A stretch of 64,000 bases of DNA from Raillietiella orientalis (Eukaryota). Numbering within the stretch: the first letter of the stretch is position 1; every line of letters starts with the position of its first letter. The stretch is from positions 992,001 to 1,056,000 of the forward strand of contig JAYWIR010000019.1 of NCBI GenBank assembly GCA_036172245.1, written 5' to 3'. Below, piece after piece: positions 55,331 to 64,000 of the stretch. Below the pieces are notes generated by a model, which saw nothing but the letters and a program-made list of their open reading frames with translations, was not told the origin of the DNA and did no database searches. Made by a program: the position numbers and the translations under genes.

Positions 55331-58300
55331 GAGCGCGAACGGGTGGCTGCACCCTGACAACGCAGATCACTCACTGTCTCTTCTGCTAGTCTGCTTTCGT
55401 TTGTCTTAACAAACAAAAGAAGAAAAAAAATGCATCCTTGCTCTTCTTTCCGTTGCACTGGGGATATCCGGGAAACGAATGAGGGGGCACATCGAACTTC
55501 GGTACGCAGCAATGGAACGAAAAAAAAAAGAGCTAGGAGCTTCCGGCCGCGAGGGAACGGGAGCGACCGGGAGACGTCCGAGGAGCACGTGGAACGGCGG
55601 CGGTTCCCGTACTCGCGAGAATGGAATGCCGGGAGCCGTTCTGTCCAGGCACGAACTCTTCCTGCTTGCGTTCGCCGCTTCACCCCCCGCCACACCGATC
55701 CGCGTCTGCTCGAAGGCGCGGATCTTCGCCCTCCGCCGCCGCCGCCGCCGCCGCTGCGCCACCCTTCCTCTCCAGACCTGCAGATTCCCCCTGACTCCCT
55801 TCCTGCGCACGCTGGGGCGACGGTCACCTGCGCTTCGCTGCCGGTCGGCAACTTTTCTGGTGCACAGAGAGCACCAGCAGCAGAGAGCACCTGGAGGTCG
55901 CACAGCCGGCAGCAGCGACGGCGGCGGCAGCAGATGGTGAGCAGATGCCTTCCGCACACCTCGTGAAATCTCTGCGGAAAGGCTCGACCTCCCGGAGGGA
56001 TCCGCCCTTGAGCGCCGTTCTCCCCGTGGCAGCTAACGAGCACGCGCAGAGACACGAGTCGGAGATGCCGGTTCCTTGGACCAGGGAACTGTTACGATTT
56101 CTGGGCTTAATGAGCGGGAAAGCCGTCCGGCTTTCAAGGTCAACCTTCGAAAACCAGTCGTTCCCCTTCGACAGTCAGGGAGGGGGCAAGGAGGTGAGAA
56201 GTGGCCCGGGGGACACAGGTGAGCAGGGAGGCTGCGCCCTGGCTGATGCCAACCCTCTTACCCTTCCGGCGCGATCACTGGGGAGGAAGGAAGGACTGAA
56301 GCCACGGAGGGCTGCTCTGGCATCCGAGGAGTGAGACTCGGTTCTACTTGACCTGGCACTTCAGGAGCTCCGGAACCCATCTAAAGTGATGGAAGAGGCT
56401 GTTCGCCTCTCCCTTTCTCCTCCGAAAGAAAAGGAAAAGATGACCAGGAGCAGAGAAAGGGTGACGGAACGGAGACCAGAAACGAAGAAACTCCAGGTAA
56501 CTCTCTTCTTGGCACGCCAGGAGACCGACGCAATTTCGAGAGAAGTCATGTTAGAGGAACACATGAAAAAAGAAGAACGGTTCTTTCTCACGTCTGAAGC
56601 AACAAAAACTGGGGGAAGAAGAAGAAGCCAGCGGCGTGGATGCTTTTCTAACCAAATTCCTCCTCCCCTAGTCACAAGGAGGTTGCTGTACTTGCGTGTG
56701 AGCGTTGGATAGAGTGGGGTGGACTGGGAGAAAGGAGTAGGACTAGATTGGTTAGGCTTGCACCATTGTGTGCCATTAGAGGAAAGGGAGAGAAAATCTC
56801 CCCAAAAAACTCATCATCCCTATGCCTTCCCTCCCCTCCCCTATTCCTCCTCGCAACCCTGACCGCGCCGGTGCCTGGCGTTGGAGGAAGACATCGAGGC
56901 GAAAAAATTCACACGCGGCGCTTCAAAAATTTGACCACCTGAACGTCAATGGGGATCGAGCAGCGAGCGTCCGGATTGCCATGGAAACGAACAAACTAAT
57001 AGCGGTTCCAAACCTTCAACCGAGGGAGAAAAAAAAAAAAAAAAAAATAAGTCACTTGAAAATGATTCTCCAGTCATGGATCGGTGCACGGTGGGAAAAA
57101 AAAAAAAAATTCCCATTCGAAGGTCCCCTACCTGTCCTTGTTTCTCGTTTCGAGTGGTAAAAGTATCATGATGCATTCCGTAATCGTATTCTATCAATAA
57201 AAGTGATAAACTGTATCACGCAACTTGATCGCTCGAGCGTATCTCTCCAAAAAAAATCCCTCAATCTTGACAAAAAGTGAATTAAAAAGCAATTTTTCTG
57301 GAGCAAACAGTGGTCCTTATAGTTCCGGGTTGTTTTTCCGTAAAATCCTGGGACGAAAACCAAGGCAAGAGATCGGTCAGTTTCCCTTCCCCTCATTAAA
57401 TCGCATGTGTACCATATGCATGCTTGCGTACGTACGCACCTTCTCTTCTGCTAAGGTTGATGCCCAACACCGTACCAGCAATCTCGCGTATCCACACACC
57501 CATCACTTACTCCACGTGGATGCGTTCGTGACACTCCTCGCCAGTGTTCTTTAAAACATGCACGCCCAAAGCCAGCGACAAATCATCATCATCAAGTTGT
57601 TGTGTGAATCCTTTCTTTTTTTTTTTTCTAGGAAAAAAAAAAAAAACTTCGATATTTATTAATTTTCGTGTCATTCTAAAGGAAGGCTTGAGCTTAGTGC
57701 CTTGGCGGGGCCGGCCTACACGAACACGTGTAACCCTCATGAGCTCTCTCAGCCGCGCCCACGATCCCACCATTAGGGCGGGAAAAAGGACTCTTCCTGT
57801 TTCCCCAGCCATCCCTAGCTTCAGGTGCTTTTGAGAAACCCAATTTTTTGTCTCCAGGAATACGGAGGTATTTGAATCAGCCATGGAGAGCGCTAAAGAC
57901 GGTGCTCGCATCCTCGACTAAAGGGAATACGCAGCTAAGAAGACTGCAACCACGACGACAGTAGGGGGGGGGAAGAAAAGGGGAAAAAAAAGGAGGGGGG
58001 GGGGGAGGAAGGGGGGGGGGAAGTGCACAAACTTCCGATTTCTGGTTTTTCGCAGTTGCTTTTCATTTTTTCTTCTGCCTTTTCACTCTACATGAAAACA
58101 CGCTGCGTGTTTCACTATTTGCATTTGGAGTGCTCTTACGGTGCAGTTGCCTTGAAAAACGAAAAAAAAAAAAAAAAAAAAAACCCTTATCTACATTGCG
58201 ACGCCACCACGTTACATTACGGTGGAACCAGCTTCGCAGCAGGATCAAAACAATTTCCTCTTTTCTCTCCCACCACCCCTTTAGACACGAAATCCCATCT

Positions 58301-58825
58301 GAACCTCCACATAAGGTTCACAAACGCTTTTCCCATCTTCGATCAGCACACCCACCCTCGTCCCCATTTTTTCATTTTTTCGCCTTTCGAAAATTCAGCT
58401 TCGTTCGAATGGATTGCAACACTTCTTTACCAGTTTCCTGGACAAGCAGACACTTAAAACACAACTGCAAAGGGGGTGCACTCAATCGCTTACCTTCTTA
58501 AGACTCGAGCATCCTACTGTTTTCACAGGGCAGAGAGACGTTTCCAGTTGTGAGCTACGGGGAGCAGTTCACCAGCGATCAGCAGATTTTCCACTTTCCT
58601 CGAATGTAAGCAGAAAATTCAGCATTCACGAATCCCTGTACACTACAAACTGGACGAGTGATGAAAGTTGCGAAATCATTTTACTTTTGGGTTAACGAAG
58701 TGAATAAAACAGTCTTGGATGCCGTGATGGACGCTTTTGATTGACCGCAGGCTAATTAATTTCTGATTTCGCAGGCTATCGTGTTTCACAATTGCTCACA
58801 ATGGGTATGTTTCCAGATCGAGGGA

Positions 58826-58896
58826 AACAACAACAACAACAACAACAACAGCAGCAGCAGCAGCAGCAGCAGCACACACACACACACACACACACA
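58826..58896. repeat. Compound microsatellite (AAC)n(AGC)n(AC)n
   Basis: Direct reading. Confidence 0.95.
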
Positions 58897-61800
58897 AAAA
58901 GAAAGGAACCTATCTGGTCTTTCGTCTGAAAGTTCACGCGTTCGGATACACCTCTGGACGAAGTGCACGCTGAAAGCACGAGTCCTATGGATCAGCACCC
59001 TTGGACCAGAGGCTTTTGCAATTACCAGGCGTGTCGAAGAATCACCTAATTCTGGCATTCGGATAAGCGACGCTTAAATCGAACCGCCAGTTGTCATTTT
59101 TTTTTTGTTTTTTTTGTTTTTACTTTCCCGCTTTGATAGCACGGATTTGGTCACACCGATGCTTACTTTATCCACGATGTGGTTCATTAACGAGCCACCA
59201 CGTCAATGCCATTTTCGAAGCATTCGCCAACACGACATGCGGGGTGCATTTGAATTTTCAATGCATCTGAGATTGAGCCATCCCGTAACCTCCAAGATAC
59301 CGTTGCTTACAGAAACTGTTCGAAATCACCGTCGTGGCATATCTGGAGCGAAATTTCAATACTGCCTTTTTCTTTTCTCTTTTTTTTCCCCTCCCCCTTT
59401 ACGATGGGTCTTACACACGCGTCCCGTAACGACACCCGGAATATCCAACGAGGATTTCGGGAAGAGGGTAACGAGGGAGGCGACCGCCCGGCACGACACC
59501 CAAAGTTCCTCTAAAGTTTGGAGCGTCTGATTCCATCCCGAAAACACGCATTCCTTTTCAAGTCACTCTTTCTGCACTCAAAGCTGTCACGACAGATCAA
59601 TCAATCTCAATTTTTCCCTCCAGGACCATGAAATCTTTTTCGAATGTCCAAACTAAATTTTTTTTTCTTCTCCTTACTCGGTAAAAGTTTTCAAATCAGG
59701 ATGTGTCGGGAATATTCCAAAACCGACCTCGTGTTTTAGCCAGCAAATCTTGCAATCTTACCTACATATGGGAGGGAGCAGCGCCTAGGATACTTTTCGG
59801 AGAGATCCGGCGCGGAGATATCTTTAAGACCTTTCATTCTAAGGGTGAATTCCACCACCAGCAGCACCCGATGGCATCTACCGACCTGCAGTGCAAGAAG
59901 GCTGCAGGCACCGGGAAGCTGTCCCACTCGATAAGAAACGATCCGCATTCGGGCCGTTCGGTGGAAACGCGAACGTAGCGGCAGGGCTCACTCCCATTTA
60001 GGGAAGGTTATCTCGCTTTTCCCTCCTCCCGAACGCAAAGTCACTTTTGCCCACGGCGAAAGGGTTCTTCGGGAAGTACGCGATCGCCGGGCCTTTTGCT
60101 CGTGGGGGACGGAAGCACGAGAGGGCGCTTTGTCCGAATTTCGCTCCGCGCTTTTCGAAAAGGTGATTTTCCCTAATCTGATAAAGCTTCCTCCGCTCCC
60201 GAAGGAAACCTCTCTCGGCCTGATCAGATTTTCCTGGAAGACATTCTCACGAACTCGGGTTTTCGTTTGGAGGCGGAGGAGGAGGAGTCCGCGTTTCGCA
60301 GCCGGGACGGAAGTCCGCTCCTCCAGCAGTAACGTACGCGTATGCCTTCGTATACGTTAAGTGCATATACATCGGGCGTTCTCTGCCGCATCCCTCTGTC
60401 CGTGCATGCGATGACGTGTGTGCACACAACTACCAGTTCCGAAAAACCATGTTCGGTGTACATTCCAATGCTAGAGCTGACACCATTCTAACCAGTGTTA
60501 TCAGAGTAAAACACAAAAAGGCACAACGCTGAATGTGTGTGCGCGTGTTTTGCGAGTTCTTCCTTGAGGGAATGGGAATTCATTTTACAGTTGGCTCAAG
60601 ACGAATCATGCTGCATTCACCTTTTCTTACAGGCAGCAACATGCACGAAAAAACCCACAGCATGGGAACACGAAAGCGGAGGAGTGCTAGAGGGAACACA
60701 GCTTCTGATGGGAGGATGAGTTCCGTCTCCCTGAGCACGGAATTTTCTGCAGAACATCTAGAGCAGCTCGAGATGACTAAGCACCGCCACGCGCTTTCAT
60801 CCTCTTGTTTGATTTGATTTCATTCCTCGCCTCCCTGCACTTGGATCTTTCGATTCTCGTTCCATGTGCAGCACGCATGGCGCGCTGCATGTACACGCCA
60901 TGTACACACTCACACGCCAGTACCGACTGGATCGTCTACCTGCTTATTTGTTCCATCTCTCACCTCGCTGCATCCGCACCGCAGCGACCTTACTCTCTGT
61001 CGGTACGTTTTTCGAAATTGCGTGCTGCGCAATGTCTGCACGCGATCACGCGGGCGTGCAAGAAAAAAAGATGCGTCGATCTGTCTTTTTTTTTGGGGGG
61101 GGGGGGGGGGGGGGGGGGGTGGGGAAAAAAAAAAGGTAAAGCGTCTTCAAGACTGCACACGTCCTTTTGTGATCTTTCCGGGTGTCCAAGAGGCGGATGC
61201 GGGCGGCGACCAGAAAACGAATTTGCACGACTCCCTTATGTCTTCGATTTTGCCCCCCACCCCATCCCCTCCACACGCCCGAACGGGCTATAGCAGTGTT
61301 GCCACAGACCAACAAACGCGCGAAAGCCTCGACGTTTTCTTTTCCGATGTTGAGTGCGTCATTCAGCTACTCTTTTGCTGTTTGAACCGCACACACACAC
61401 ATACATAACGTGACCGCGTTACGGGACGGACGTGTACGAAACCGGCTGCGGCGGGTCACCAATGTACACTTTTTCTCCGAGCTAAAATGTTCGGGGCGAC
61501 TCGCCTTCGGTACGGCGGTGCATAGGACGTTTCTCGCGCGGCTGCCGGAGCGACGCCTCGCGTGTTTCGGGCTTGCCGAAAGGTCCCTTGGAGGATTGCT
61601 CGGAGGTAGTCGAGTCCGACGCAGGAACGCCAAAGTAGGCAGGGACTCTGGCCAGCGGAGTCTGCCGAGGAGAGGCAGGAGGCATAAAAAAGAGTAAAAG
61701 AATCTGTCGGACCGATTGCGACCGCACAGCAAGCGGAAGGGATGCTGGAGGATCAGCAGCTGAAGAGCAGCAACCGTGTGCGCTGTCATTGGTGGAGGAG

Positions 61801-62303
61801 AGACGAAGGGAGAGAAGAAAAAAAGGCAGTAGAAGGAACGACTTCGGTGTCCGCCAATGTGCACCTCAGAACAGGAAGAACGAATCCAAGAAACTGAAAA
61901 AAGAGAAAAAGACAGTTACGTAGCTGAAATGACTGTACGTAGCTGCCGCGGCCTTTTCCTGACGCCTCCCGTTCTCCCAGCGGCGTGCCACTGAGAGCTC
62001 CGGGTCACAGAGACCGGGTCCTCTTCCTGCTGCTGGTCGTTCCATTTACAGACACGCACACAGGCGCGAAAGCGTTTTGCTTCCAAAGAAGCCCGTTCTT
62101 TGCCAGTTCGAAACGCGGGGTGGGCGGGAGGAGGACGAACGAAGCGCGGTACAAAAGGAACGTTTCGGGGGTTGCTGCGGTTTCCCGTCTCCTCCTCCAC
62201 CTCGTCCAACGAGATTTTTCCGCAGCCTCCGCGACAGCTCTCCGTTCGGTACTCCCTTTACGCGCGCCGGCGGCGTCGCTCCCGAGTCGGCGCTGGTCGC
62301 GAG

Positions 62304-62491
62304 ATGGTGGCGGCGAAGTTAGCCTCGACGTTCCTGCTGCTCGCGGGACTCGGAGAACCCGTCTTCCCCCAGGGTGGTGGCACCGTCCTCGACCTGACCT
62401 ACCCGTTCAACAACGAGACGATCTACTGGCCCAAGCACCAGAAGTTCGAGCTGAGGGTGGATTTCAAAGGCATGACGAGCGGGGGCTTCTG
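62304..62491 (+). CDS. First coding exon of a secreted cyclase-family protein (kynurenine formamidase KynB / isatin hydrolase-like); remainder not found in the window
   Basis: MVAAKLASTFLLLAGLGEPVFPQGGGTVLDLTYPFNNETIYWPKHQKFELRVDFKGMTSGGFW, then donor gtgagt (phase 2). Signal peptide plus the DLT.PF...TIYWP N-terminal motif. Confidence 0.8.
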
Positions 62492-63077
62492 GTGAGTGTC
62501 GCAGCAGACGTGCGAGCACCAGCGGCGGGCACGGACGGGGGGGGGGGAGGCGAGGGGACACGTCCCGCCCGCACCTGACCTTGAAATCCGGGTCGATGCG
62601 TTTTTCGCGCGGACACCACCTCGAGGCGGGGAGGAGCGGGTGAAAGGAAGGGGAAGGAGGGGATGGGGAGGGGGAGGAACACATCTACGCGTGGTCGCCG
62701 AGCGTGGGGGAGGCTGCGCTGCCAAGCCGGCTGCGTGTGCACTACGCGCGACGCGGGCGTACGGACGGGAGCGAGGAGGGGTGCTCCGTACACGCCTTGG
62801 TGCGCGGCGACACTTTCTATCTGCGTTCCCCCGTTTCGCCACCGGCGCGCGCGCGTGCGTGCGTCGTGCGCGCTGCTACGGGACGCGCGCTCATCTCGGC
62901 ACGCGTGTTGGACTGACGGGCGACGACACGCTCCCGCGTATGTGCTCGCGCGCGTGGTTTCATCGGGGCGGGATGGGGTGGGGGACGCTTCCCACCCCTT
63001 CCACCACTCGTCCCTACCCCGCGATGGCGCATGCGCGTGTTTCGCCACAGACGGCAACGCCGACGTGCGCGACGTCC

Positions 63078-63112
63078 AGTGTGTGTGTGTGCATGTGTGT
63101 GTGTGTGTGTGT
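63078..63112. repeat. Interrupted (GT)n microsatellite
   Basis: Direct reading. Confidence 0.9.
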
Positions 63113-64000
63113 TTTTTTTTTTTTGGCGAGCACGCCGGGCGAAGACGGAACCTGTCTGCGCGGAGAACAACGGCACTCGGTACACATTCCGGGAGCGGAA
63201 GCACAGCAAAACAGGGATGAAAAAAAAAGGGAAAGTCACTCACCCGAGGCCTCAGTCGCGCCGTGCCTCTATCCTCGAAAGAGGGTGCTGTTTTGATCCC
63301 TTCGACCCTGGGAAGCCTCGAAGTGGGTAAAAGTGGCAACACAGTTCCTCCACGTCGCCCGGCATTGTTACTTTTCCTTGGAGACGGGGGCGCTCGCGTC
63401 ACCGCTCACGTGACCCCGCGACGTTGTGGCCCGGCGCTCGGCTTTTCCCGACGCCCGGCGAATAAGGTCAGCATCGGGGCGCACAAGCGCGAGCCGATCT
63501 CCGCGTTCCTCCGGGTCGGGAACGAGGAAGGAAGGGTGGCGGAGGAGAGAGCCCGCGCGCGCCACCTCGGAAGGTTCCCCGCGCTCCGGCTCGTCCCTCC
63601 CTCCAGCTCTCGAGGGAGCCCCTCCCAGGCCGGGCGCGACGCGCAAGCCCTCCCGTAGTCCTCCTCCCAGGGAGCCTCCAATCACAGGGAGCTTCTCGGT
63701 AGCGCGCCTGCTGCTGCTACCGCGGTGGTTCTTCTTTCGACCCTTCCCTCGTCCGCGGCGCGTCGTCAGCACTCGAGGGGCTCGGTGACCTCAGCGAGCG
63801 TGCGGGTCCAGCTGCGCACCGGGGCTGCGCGCGACCCGGGCGAGGAATACTCGGGTCGCTCCTAACGGACGCGCGCTCCCTCTTAGAGGGGGAAAAAAAA
63901 ATTCTTTCCCGTTGTTCCGGGAGCAGCCGCTTCGCGCGCGAAGATCGCGTTCCTCCTCCGCCATCTCCGGCCGTCGCTTGCCCCGAGCTGCTGCTCGCCC

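Noticed and set aside
41000..64000. Many long overlapping ORFs (150-350 aa) in the GC-rich half
   Set aside because: They are Arg/Pro/Gly/Ser-rich in all six frames with no domains, as expected from high GC and few stop codons.

Overview
Eukaryotic (arthropod-like) genomic DNA with very short introns (40-60 nt) and a mosaic composition. AT-rich, CpG-poor blocks cover housekeeping genes, and GC/CpG-rich blocks carry decayed non-LTR retroelement fragments. Genes reconstructed by hand from splice sites and reading frames: the 3' end of an EAR/EPTP-repeat-like protein (+, 1-584); TOM5 (-, 3667-5214); a complete 23-coding-exon CBP/p300 (-, 10045-25315); a Golgi class I alpha-1,2-mannosidase (+, 37593-40481), probably divergently transcribed from CBP around 30.0-30.2 kb; a Ly6/quiver-family retroactive (rtv) orthologue (+, 50560-51311); an unrecognised Gly/Arg/Tyr/His-rich gene (-, about 52.6-53.2 kb); and exon 1 of a secreted cyclase/kynurenine-formamidase-family gene (+, from 62304). 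The 42.8-55.4 kb region holds R2/LINE-like remnants interleaved with fragments of 18S rRNA, U6 snRNA and possibly 28S rRNA. The 18S and U6 fragments each have an inverted copy of their own 5' end just upstream. Several palindromes and locally templated duplications occur elsewhere. All homology calls come from remembered motifs; no database search was run.
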